Positions 18,941 to 29,559 of a DNA stretch of 64,000 bases are shown here, one piece after another. The DNA is from an uncultured Chloroflexia bacterium. GTDB lineage: Bacteria; Chloroflexota; Chloroflexia; QHBQ01; JAICKM01. The stretch spans positions 1,115,513 to 1,179,512 of the forward strand of contig CAWARZ010000002.1 of assembly GCA_963784695.1 (NCBI GenBank), in the 5' to 3' direction. The notes beneath the pieces were generated by a model, which made no database searches, was not told the DNA's origin, and saw only the letters and a program-made list of their open reading frames with translations. Within the stretch, counting starts at the first letter, position 1. The number at the start of each line of letters is the position of its first letter. The position numbers were made by a program, and so were the translations under genes.

Positions 18941-19905
18941 TTACTTGCCCCAGCCCGCCAGGTCGGGGTCGTTCTTGCGCCAGTAGCGCAGATAGCCGTC
19001 GACACTCATCTCGTAGTTGCCCGCCAGCTCATAGCGCTGCACGGCGTCCTCGTCGGCCTGAATCCGCAGGGCGGGGGTCGCGGCGGTCTCCAGCGTGTGG
19101 ATGATCTCGTCGCGGTCGTGGCCGGCGCGCATCTCCGTGCGGATGATCTCGCCCAGATCTGCAGCCGGGTGCGGAGCTCATGGAGATGGCGCGGCGCGTC
19201 GGCGAAGGGGCCGAAATGCGTCAGCAGGATGGTGCCGGGCAGCGGGTTGAGCGCCATGATGCGGTCGATCGACTCGTTCCAGAGGCCCAGGTCGAGGTCG
19301 GGCGGTGGGGTCGGCGGGCGCACGTAGTTGAAGCCCTGCAGGCGCACGCCCGCCACGTCGCCCGTGAAGAGCCGGCCCTCGCCGCTCGGGTCGTGGTAGG
19401 CCACGTGGTGCGAGGCGTGGCCGGGCGTATAGAGTGCCGTGAGCGTGCGCCCACCTGCCTCAATCTGGTCGCCGTCGTGCAGGACGACGAGCCGATCGGC
19501 GGGCACCGGCAGGAAGGAGCCCCAAAGGCGGTCCATGTCGTCGCCATAGATGCGCTCCGCGCTGGCGAGCAGCTTGGACGGGTCGATCATGTGCGGCGCG
19601 CCGGCCTCGTGGACATAGACGGTCGCGTTCGGGAACTTGCCCACGAGCTCACCGGCGGCGCCCGCGTGGTCGAGGTGGATGTGTGTGAGCAGCAGCTTGG
19701 CGATCCGCGCGGGGTCGCAGCCCGCGGCCTCGACGCCGGAGATCAGCGCGGGCACCGTCGAACCGGGGCCCGTCTCGATCAGGGCGAGGTCGCCGTCGGG
19801 CCCGGCGAGCAGATACGACGCGATGACGCCGGGCGTGCCCTGGAACATCAGGTCGAGCAGATACAGTCCTTCGTCCAGCTGGACGGGCGGGGTGACAGCA
19901 GGCAT
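18941..19905 (-). CDS. MBL-fold metallo-hydrolase, frameshifted as sequenced
   Basis: ATG 19905 (MPAVTPPVQLDEG...). THIHLDHAG motif and GHASHH. The C-terminal helical part continues in track ORF 18941..19132. Switch near 19150-19155 (..RLQIWA / EIIRTEMRAGHDRDEII). The span is 965 nt = 3n+2. Confidence 0.8.
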
Positions 19906-20187
19906 AGGATCCCCTCTGGGAACGGGGCGAGGCGCGGCGCGCCCTGCCCGGATGAGCGATGTCTGGGCGCGGTGCGACCGGCGGCCGGCGAGCGCCCGGT
20001 CCATTATAGCACACCGCGGCTGCCCGCCCGGCGGCGCGTTGAATTAGAACACCTGTTGCAACCGCACCACCACAATGGTACAATAGTCGTAACACCAATC
20101 CTTCGCCGCGGCGCCGTGTGCCGCGATCCGCCCCGCCGCCGTCTCCCGCCGTGCGGGCCGGGCGGGATCAGCAGACGAGGTAGGAGC

Positions 20188-22125
20188 GTGCTGGTAGAGC
20201 TGTCCATCACCAATTTCGCGATCATCGACCACCTGACGCTGCGCTTCGGGCCGGGCTTCAACGCCCTGACCGGGGAGACCGGCGCCGGCAAGTCGATCAT
20301 CATCGACGCGATGTCGGCCATGCTGGGCGCGCGCGTCGGCGCCGAGTTCGTGCGCCACGGCTTCCCCACCGCCCGCGTCGAGGGCCTCTTCGACACCACG
20401 CGCCTCGACGCCGAGACCCGAGCCGCTCTGGGCCGGCGCCTGCAGGAGGCCGGCCTCCTCGACAACTCGGCCGACCCGACCGCCGCGCCCGGCGACGACG
20501 GCAGCCTGGTGCTGAGCCGCGAGATCCACGCGGGCGGCCGGACGGTCGCGCGCATCAACGGCACGCTCGTCAACCTGCCGACACTGCAAGATGTCGGGCA
20601 GCTGTTGATCGACATCCACGGCCAGACCGAGCACCAGTCGCTGCTGCGCGTTGCCACCCACGTCGAGCTGCTGGATCAGCATGCCGGGGCCGGGGCGCTG
20701 CGCGCCCGCCTGGCCGAGCTGGTTATCCGCCTGCGTCAGGTGCGCAAGGAGCTGAACGCGCTGCAGCGGGATGAGCGCGAGCTCGCGCGCCGCGCCGCGC
20801 TGCTGGAGTTCCAGGTCGAGGAGATCGAGCGCGCCGAGCTGAGCCCCGGCGAGGACGACGAACTGGCGCACGAGCGCACCCGCCTGTTCAACGCCGAGCG
20901 CCTGGGCAGCCTGGCCGACTCGATTTACCGCCTGCTGATCGCGGGCGGCGAGGAGGCCGGGGAGGATGCCTACGTCGCCCGCCCCGCGACGCGCGGCCGC
21001 GCGGTTGCGCCGGTGGGCGGCCCGGCGGTACGCGATACACTGGGCGAGGCGAGCCAGCTGCTGAGCGATCTGATCGCGCTCGACCCCGACCTGAGCGCGC
21101 AGGAGGCAGTGCTGCAGACGCTGCTCGACGGCGTGGAGGAGCTCGGCCGCGCGGTGCGCCATTACCGGGAGCGCGTCGAGCACGACCCGGAGCGGCTGTT
21201 GCAGGTCGAGGAGCGGATTAGCCTGATCCACGAGCTCAAGCGCAAGTACGGCCAGACGATCGCGGAGATCCTGGAGTTCGGCCGGCAGGCCGCCGCGGAG
21301 CTCGACACCCTGACGCACAGCGAGGAGCGCATCGCCGAGCTACAGGACGAAGAGGCGGGCTTGCTGGCCGAGGCCGGGCGGCTGGCCGCCGAGCTGTCGG
21401 CACTGCGCCACGACGCGGGCGCGCGGCTGGCGCGCGCCGTCGAGGAGTCGATGCGCGAGCTGCTGATGGGCAGCATCCGCTTCGCGACCAACCTGGCGCG
21501 CGTGGCCGACCCGAGCGGGTTGCCCGCGCCCGGCCCCGATGGCGCCGGTCCGTGGGCCTTCGACACGCGGGGCGTCGACCGGGTCGAGTTCCTGATCTCG
21601 CCGAACCCCGGCGAGCCGCTCAAGGCGCTGTCGCGCATCGCCTCGGGCGGCGAGACGTCGCGCCTGATGCTGGCCATGAAGTCGATCCTGTCGGCGGCCG
21701 ACCACACGCCGACGCTGATCTTCGACGAGATCGACACGGGCGTCGGCGGGCGCAGCGGGCAGGTCGTCGGCGAGAAACTCTGGTCGCTGACCGACAACCA
21801 CCAGGTGATCTGCATCACCCACCTGCCGCAGATCGCCGCGTTCGCCGACACGCACTTCCGCATTACCAAGCAGGTACAGCACGAGCGCACGAGCACGCAG
21901 GTTGACCGGCTGGCCGAGGGTGAGCGCGCGCTGGAGATCGCGGCGATGCTCGGCGGCACGCCGGTGACCGAGCGCAGCCTGGCGAACGCGCACGAGATCC
22001 TGGGACACATCGCCCAGGTGAAGGCGCTGCGCCAGGGCGCGACGGCCAGTGACCTGCTGCCCAACTCCGCGCCCGCCTCGGCGCCGCCCGCGCCTGCCCG
22101 CCGCAAAGCCGGGGTCGCCCGCTAA
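20188..22125 (+). CDS. recN: DNA repair protein RecN
   Basis: Track ORF 19180..22125 trimmed to GTG 20188 (aggtaggag RBS). VLVELSITNFAIIDHLTLRFGPGFNALTGETGAGKSIIIDA is the Walker A region. Long coiled coil, then the C-terminal signature region GGETSRLMLAMK and LIFDEIDTGVGG. Confidence 0.93.
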   Translation: MLVELSITNFAIIDHLTLRFGPGFNALTGETGAGKSIIIDAMSAMLGARVGAEFVRHGFPTARVEGLFDTTRLDAETRAALGRRLQEAGLLDNSADPTAAPGDDGSLVLSREIHAGGRTVARINGTLVNLPTLQDVGQLLIDIHGQTEHQSLLRVATHVELLDQHAGAGALRARLAELVIRLRQVRKELNALQRDERELARRAALLEFQVEEIERAELSPGEDDELAHERTRLFNAERLGSLADSIYRLLIAGGEEAGEDAYVARPATRGRAVAPVGGPAVRDTLGEASQLLSDLIALDPDLSAQEAVLQTLLDGVEELGRAVRHYRERVEHDPERLLQVEERISLIHELKRKYGQTIAEILEFGRQAAAELDTLTHSEERIAELQDEEAGLLAEAGRLAAELSALRHDAGARLARAVEESMRELLMGSIRFATNLARVADPSGLPAPGPDGAGPWAFDTRGVDRVEFLISPNPGEPLKALSRIASGGETSRLMLAMKSILSAADHTPTLIFDEIDTGVGGRSGQVVGEKLWSLTDNHQVICITHLPQIAAFADTHFRITKQVQHERTSTQVDRLAEGERALEIAAMLGGTPVTERSLANAHEILGHIAQVKALRQGATASDLLPNSAPASAPPAPARRKAGVAR

Positions 22126-22363
22126 ACCCCCCGGCCGCGCTGCGGCCCGCGCCCGCACATCCCGGTACTGATCAGGCGGAAAATACAGTCCGTCGGAACT
22201 CCTACGCTAGGCGCGACGGAATGAACTGCAATCGGGGCAGCACGGTCACGGCCGCTGGCGTGCCCCGCAGCGCCGCCGCGACCTGCGCGGCATCGGGCGG
22301 CGCGATGCCCGCACGTGGGGTGCAGCGCCGCCCTATTGGCGCGTACTGAAGTGCTGCCTGCCG

Positions 22364-22520
22364 CTCCTTTGTCATCCCGAACGCAGTGAGGGATCTGCCG
22401 CGCCGGGCGGCTTGCCCTGGGCGGCGCCCCAGCCGCCGGACTGCCGCCCGGCGCGGAGACGCTCGCTCCAGGCACCATCCCGACGCGGCGATCCTGCACA
22501 TGCGTTCGGGATGATAAGAG
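22364..22520. repeat. MITE-like foldback element, copy B
   Basis: ctcctttgtcatcccgaacgcagtgagggatc (22364-22395) is inverted relative to gatcctgcacatgcgttcgggatgataagag (22490-22520). The core shares gccgcgccgggcggcttgccctgggc with copy A. Confidence 0.75.
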
Positions 22521-22857
22521 CGAAGCGCGGGGACTTGGGGTGGCCCGACGGGCTGGGCTGCCCTCTGGCGACACCGTCCGGGACGGTCGCCAACCGTATC
22601 GATCGCGGCTCATACCGGGCCGCAATCTCCTCGCACACGCGCCTCACCGACTGATCCGTTCTGCCGCTGGCGTGCAGCGCGATTGTCACCCAACTTTCAC
22701 GCGGATACACCCCACTGCCAAGGCCTCATTGCTATGCTATGAGAGGCGTGGACCGGCGCCTCGTGCCCTGTGCGCGGGAGCCCGACCCAGCGGAGATCCG
22801 CCCTACGGCGGCCCGCGCGCCACCGGCAGCGTAAGGAACTTGCGCGGAGGATTCTTT

Positions 22858-24072
<1,215 letters not shown>

Positions 24073-24075
24073 GCC

Positions 24076-24540
24076 ATGGATACGCTGGAGTATGTGCTGG
24101 CCGATCAGCCCTTCCTGAAGGGCATCCCGCTCGACAAGCTCGCGGAGATCGCCGAATGCGCGCACCCCGTGACGTTTAGCGCCGGAGACTACCTGTTCCG
24201 CGAGGGCGATCCCGCGAACCACTTCTACATCGTGACGCGCGGGCGCGTGTCCGTCGAGATGCATGTGCCGGGCAAGGGCGCCCAGGTGATCCAGACCGTC
24301 GACGACAACGAAGTGGCCGGCTGGTCGTGGCTCTTCCCGCCCTTCCGCTGGCACTTTGACGGCCGCGCCGTCACAGCCACCCGGGCGATCGACTTCAACG
24401 CCCTCTGCCTGCGCGGCAAGTGCGACGAGGACCATGACCTGGGCTACGAGCTGATGTGGCGCTTCGCCCAGACGATGATGACCCGGCTGCAAGCCACCCG
24501 GATGCAGCTCATCGAGGCCTATGCGGACGGGCACCGCTGA
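24076..24540 (+). CDS. Stand-alone cyclic-nucleotide-binding (cNMP) domain protein
   Basis: [48 protein letters not shown] is a CAP/PKA-type cNMP-binding beta-barrel. 154 aa, no HTH. Sits 3 nt after hyhB and 30 nt before hyhS. Confidence 0.8.
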   Translation: MDTLEYVLADQPFLKGIPLDKLAEIAECAHPVTFSAGDYLFREGDPANHFYIVTRGRVSVEMHVPGKGAQVIQTVDDNEVAGWSWLFPPFRWHFDGRAVTATRAIDFNALCLRGKCDEDHDLGYELMWRFAQTMMTRLQATRMQLIEAYADGHR

Positions 24541-24570
24541 CGGCAGCACGAGGTCTGACGAGGTTCACTT

Positions 24571-25352
24571 ATGACAACTACCCGGGCAACCGCCCGTAAA
24601 CCGAAGCTGGCCGTCTGGAAGTTCTCGTCGTGCGACGGATGCCAGCTCAGCCTGCTTGACTGCGAGGATGAGCTGCTGGCCGTGGCCGGCGCCATCGAGA
24701 TCGCCAACTTCCCCGAGGCCTCTCGCGCCGTGGTGCGGGGCCCCTACGACGTGTCGCTGGTCGAGGGATCCGTCACCAACGAACACGACGCGGCGCGCAT
24801 CCGCGAAGTGCGCAAAGCCTCGAAGTTCCTGATCAGCATCGGCGCCTGCGCCACCGCGGGCGGCATCCAGGCGCTGCGCAACTTCGCCGACGTGAACGAC
24901 TTCATCTCCTACGTCTACGCCACGCCGGCCTACATTCACACCCTGGCCGAGTTCGACGCCGATCTCGGCGCACGTGCCGGTCGACTTCGAGCTGCACGGC
25001 TGCCCGATCAACAAGTATCAGCTGCTGGAGGTGATTAGCGCCTACCTGCAGGGCCGCAAGCCGAACATTCCGCCGCACAGCGTCTGCATGGAGTGCAAGC
25101 TGGCGGGCACCACGTGCATCATGGTCGCGCAGGGCACGCCCTGTCTCGGCCCCGTGACGCACGCGGGCTGCGGCGCGCTCTGCCCGAGCTACGCGCGCGG
25201 CTGCTTCGGCTGTTATGGACCGAAGGAGACCGCGAACGCCGCCGCGCTGGGCGACCGCTGGGTGGCCCTTGGCGTCGCGCCGGCCGCGGTCGGCCGGGCC
25301 TTCCGCACGTTCAACGCCACCGCCGAGCCGTTCCGGAAGGAGAGTGCGCGTT

Positions 25353-25360
<8 letters not shown>
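24571..25360 (+). CDS. hyhS: [NiFe]-hydrogenase small subunit (group 3 delta type), frameshifted as sequenced
   Basis: [16 protein letters not shown]...[12 protein letters not shown] in track ORF 24571..25038. The continuation, [22 protein letters not shown]...CMECKL...[15 protein letters not shown], is in ORF 24974..25360. Switch near 24955-24962. The span is 790 nt = 3n+1. Confidence 0.85.
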
Positions 25361-26647
<1,287 letters not shown>

Positions 26648-26657
26648 GGCCGAGCAC

Positions 26658-27203
26658 ATGAATGGACTGAGGGAAGCGCCCTCCGGGGCCGCGCCGGCCG
26701 GTGCGGCCCCCGCGCCCAGCGGACGCGTCGTGGTGATCGGGGTCGGCAACGAGTTCCGCTCCGACGACGGCGTCGGGCTGGTGATCGCGCGCCGGATCCG
26801 CGAGCGGGTGCCGGCCACGGTCGCGGTCGTCGAGGCCAGCGGCGAAGGCGCCGCGCTACTCGACGCCTGGCAGGGCGCCACCCTCGCCATCCTGTGCGAC
26901 GCCGCCCACTCCGGCGCCGACCCGGGGACGGTCCTGCGCATGGACGCGCTGGCGATGCCGATCCCGTTCGGCTGTTTCCATTATTCCACACACGCCTTCA
27001 GCGTGGCCGAGGCGATCGAGCTCGGCCGGGTGCTCGGCACCCTGCCCGCCCGGCTGCTCGTCTACGGCATCGAAGGCACCGGCTTTGCCCCCGGCATCGG
27101 CCTCTCCGCCCCGGTCGCCCGGGCCGCGGACGCGGTCGTCGCCGCCGTGCTGGCCGATCTGGACGCCGCAACGCCGCGGCCCGAGGAGAGCACCGATGCA
27201 TGA
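26658..27203 (+). CDS. Hydrogenase maturation endopeptidase (HybD/HoxW/HycI family)
   Basis: VVVIGVGNEFRSDDGVGLVIA is the family GxGNxxxxDDGxG motif. Located directly after the large subunit. Confidence 0.85.
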   Translation: MNGLREAPSGAAPAGAAPAPSGRVVVIGVGNEFRSDDGVGLVIARRIRERVPATVAVVEASGEGAALLDAWQGATLAILCDAAHSGADPGTVLRMDALAMPIPFGCFHYSTHAFSVAEAIELGRVLGTLPARLLVYGIEGTGFAPGIGLSAPVARAADAVVAAVLADLDAATPRPEESTDA

Positions 27204-27528
27204 ATCCGGCCTGATTACCGATCTGGTCGCCAAGATCGAGCGGCTGGCGCACGCTCAGCACTTCCACCACGTCACGCGCGTCAGCGTGACGGTGGGCGCG
27301 CTGGCGGGCATCTCGCCCGATCACCTGCGCGACCACTTTGCCTACGCCACGCGCGGCACCGTCGCGGAGCACGCCCTGCTCGACGTGGTGCTGCTGCCCG
27401 ACACGGGCGATCCGCGTGCCCAGGGTGTCTGGCTCGAGAGCGTGCAGGTCGAGGAGCCCGACGAGGAGGAGGCGCCGACCCCGCTGCCGGCCTTCCGCAG
27501 CGCGGTGGACACGGCGCATGTCCACTGA
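27196..27528 (+). CDS. hypA: HypA-like nickel metallochaperone lacking the zinc-ribbon domain
   Basis: ATG 27196 overlaps the protease stop. MHESGLITDLVAKIERLAHAQHFHHVTRVSVTVGALAGISPDHLRDHF has the MHE Ni-binding N-terminus and the HypA fold. The 110-aa product has no cysteine at all, so there is no CxxC...CxxC. Confidence 0.7.
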   Translation: MHESGLITDLVAKIERLAHAQHFHHVTRVSVTVGALAGISPDHLRDHFAYATRGTVAEHALLDVVLLPDTGDPRAQGVWLESVQVEEPDEEEAPTPLPAFRSAVDTAHVH

Positions 27529-28072
27529 TCGCCTCGTGGCGGGCGTGCCGCGCATCCGCACGCTGCCGGCCGCGACGATGGCGGTGGTGCACACGGACGG
27601 CGACCCGAACGTGGTCGGGCCGCCCACCATGTCCGCACTCTATGGCGCGGCCTACGCGCTGAAGTTCGCGCAGAAGAAGGCCGGGCAGGACTTCCCGGTC
27701 GGCGCCCTGCGCGCCCGCTGGCCCGACGCCCACGTGGCCGGCCGCGCGGGCTGGCACGGCATCTGGGGTCTGCCGATCCCCGACGGCACGACCGCGCTGG
27801 TGCAGAAGGCGCCGGACGTGCCGGTGACGATCGAGACCTGGGCTTACGGTACGGTCGCCGAGGTGCTCTATCGCGGCGCCTACGCCGACGAGAGTCCGAC
27901 CATCGCCGCGCTGCACGCCTTCATCGCCGCGCAGGGCTACGCCCTGGCCGGACCGCATGAGGAAGAGTACCTGACGCGGCCAGGCGCCAAGGTGCAGAAG
28001 ACGATCATCCGCTACGTCGTGACGCCCGCGCCGGTCGCCGCGGCGGCGCCACCCACACCGGCCGCCGTCTAG
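27518..28072 (+). CDS. GyrI-like small-molecule-binding domain protein
   Basis: Track ORF 27338..28072 trimmed to ATG 27518, which overlaps the hypA stop. ...YGTVAEVLYRGAYADESPTIAALHAFIAAQGYALAGPHEEEYLTRPG... fits the GyrI-like/AraC-effector-binding pattern. Confidence 0.6.
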   Translation: MSTDRLVAGVPRIRTLPAATMAVVHTDGDPNVVGPPTMSALYGAAYALKFAQKKAGQDFPVGALRARWPDAHVAGRAGWHGIWGLPIPDGTTALVQKAPDVPVTIETWAYGTVAEVLYRGAYADESPTIAALHAFIAAQGYALAGPHEEEYLTRPGAKVQKTIIRYVVTPAPVAAAAPPTPAAV

Positions 28073-28094
28073 CCCCGCCGGGGGCATCGCCGAG

Positions 28095-29312
28095 TCATGC
28101 TGCGCCTGCCGGGGGCCCGGCGGCGCATCGTGTTACCCGGCGGCCGGCAGGGCGCCAAGGCGGGCCTGCCAGGACGGCGTGGCGAAGGCGAGCCGGCCCG
28201 CGGCAAATCGTGGCCTGGAGCCGCAGGGCCGCGTCGAAGATGAGCAGGTCCGCGTCGTAGCCCGGCCGGAGCATCCCCTTGCGCGCCGAGACGCCCGCCG
28301 CGCGCGCCGGATTACGCGTCAGCATGCCCACCGCCTCCGGCAGCGTGACGTCCCCGAAGGCGCGCACGTTGCGCAGCGCCTGGTCCATCGTCAGCACGCT
28401 GCCGGTGATCGTGCCGTCGGCCAGCCGCGCCACCCCGTCCGCCACGTGCGCGGTCTGCCCGCCGAAGGTGAACTCGGCGCCCGGCAGGCCGGCGGCGGCC
28501 AGCGCGTCGGTGACGACGACGATGCGCTCCGGCCCGAGCATGTGGATCAGCGCGCGGGCCGCGGCGGGCAGGACATGCATGCCGTCGGCGATGAGCTCAC
28601 CCTGCACCTGATCCGCCTCGACGATCGCGCCGAGCGGGCCGGGGGCGCGATGTAGCAGCGGGCGCATGGCGTTGAAGCAGTGCGTCGCGTGGGTGATGCC
28701 GTGCGGAATCGCCGCCTGCGCCTGCGCGTAGTCGGCATCCGTGTGCCCGATGCTGACGGTGACGCCCGCCGCCACCAGGCGGTCGATCATCGCCGCGGCG
28801 CCGGGGAGCTCGGGCGCGACCGTGATCAGCTTCAGGTAGCCGCGGCAAAGCGCGAGGATCTGCTCGGTTTCGGCCGGGTCGGGCAGGCGCAGCCACGCGG
28901 GATCGTGGGCGCCGCGGCGCGCGGGGTTGATGTAAGGGCCTTCCAGATGGATGCCGACAATCTCGGCACCCACTGTCCCGGCTTCCGCGGCGGCGACGGC
29001 GGTGCGGATCTGGGCAACCGGTGGGCCGTCCGCGACGCCGACCACCCCGGCCAGGAACGCCGTGGTGCCGGTGGTCGCTGCCCAGCGCGCGTAGCCCTGG
29101 ATTTCGGCGACATCGGTGGCGTGCAGGGTAAAGCCGCCGCCGCCGTGCGTGTGGACGTCGACGAACCCGGGGGTGACGATGGCGCCGCCGAGGTCGACGG
29201 CCGGGCCGGGCGCCGTGCCCTCCGCGGCGAGGCGCGCGTCCTCGATCGTGAGCCGGCCGGGCCGCTCGCCGGATGCATCGACCAGCGTTGCGTTCTGTAG
29301 CGTGACTTTCAT
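28095..29312 (-). CDS. nagA: N-acetylglucosamine-6-phosphate deacetylase (possible C-terminal frameshift)
   Basis: Track ORF 28095..29417 trimmed to ATG 29312 (ggaggagaag RBS). GFVDVHTHGGGG, GIHLEGPYI, SIGHTDA and HCFNAM motifs. After ..LQATICRG an alternative frame (RLAFATPSWQARLGALPAAG, stop at 28133) has much better GC3. Confidence 0.85.
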   Translation of the reverse strand: MKVTLQNATLVDASGERPGRLTIEDARLAAEGTAPGPAVDLGGAIVTPGFVDVHTHGGGGFTLHATDVAEIQGYARWAATTGTTAFLAGVVGVADGPPVAQIRTAVAAAEAGTVGAEIVGIHLEGPYINPARRGAHDPAWLRLPDPAETEQILALCRGYLKLITVAPELPGAAAMIDRLVAAGVTVSIGHTDADYAQAQAAIPHGITHATHCFNAMRPLLHRAPGPLGAIVEADQVQGELIADGMHVLPAAARALIHMLGPERIVVVTDALAAAGLPGAEFTFGGQTAHVADGVARLADGTITGSVLTMDQALRNVRAFGDVTLPEAVGMLTRNPARAAGVSARKGMLRPGYDADLLIFDAALRLQATICRGPARLRHAVLAGPPWRPAGRRVTRCAAGPPAGAA

Positions 29313-29559
29313 CGGGGGCAGGCTTCTCCTCCGTGCTGGGACGGCGTTTATCGCGCGTCCCCAGTATACGCCGCCCGGCCGGGCTGTGCACGCGCCGGGG
29401 CACCAGCCGTCGCGCATCCCCGCCGCAAATCCCGGCTTGTCACCGCCCGTTTACCGTTTGTCGCCCCACCTCTCACCTCCGTCCCACATAATAAACATGT
29501 CGGTCGCTCCGCCGCGGGAGACGGTCCGGTGTGTACAGTCAGGACGGAGAGGAACGACG

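Noticed and set aside
22372-22710. 112-aa minus-strand ORF ([40 protein letters not shown]...) between recN and hyhB
   Set aside because: Its C-terminal half is read straight through foldback repeat copy B (the ...SLRSG peptide). There is no RBS and no recognisable family. It may be a remnant disrupted by the repeat, but there is not enough support to call it.
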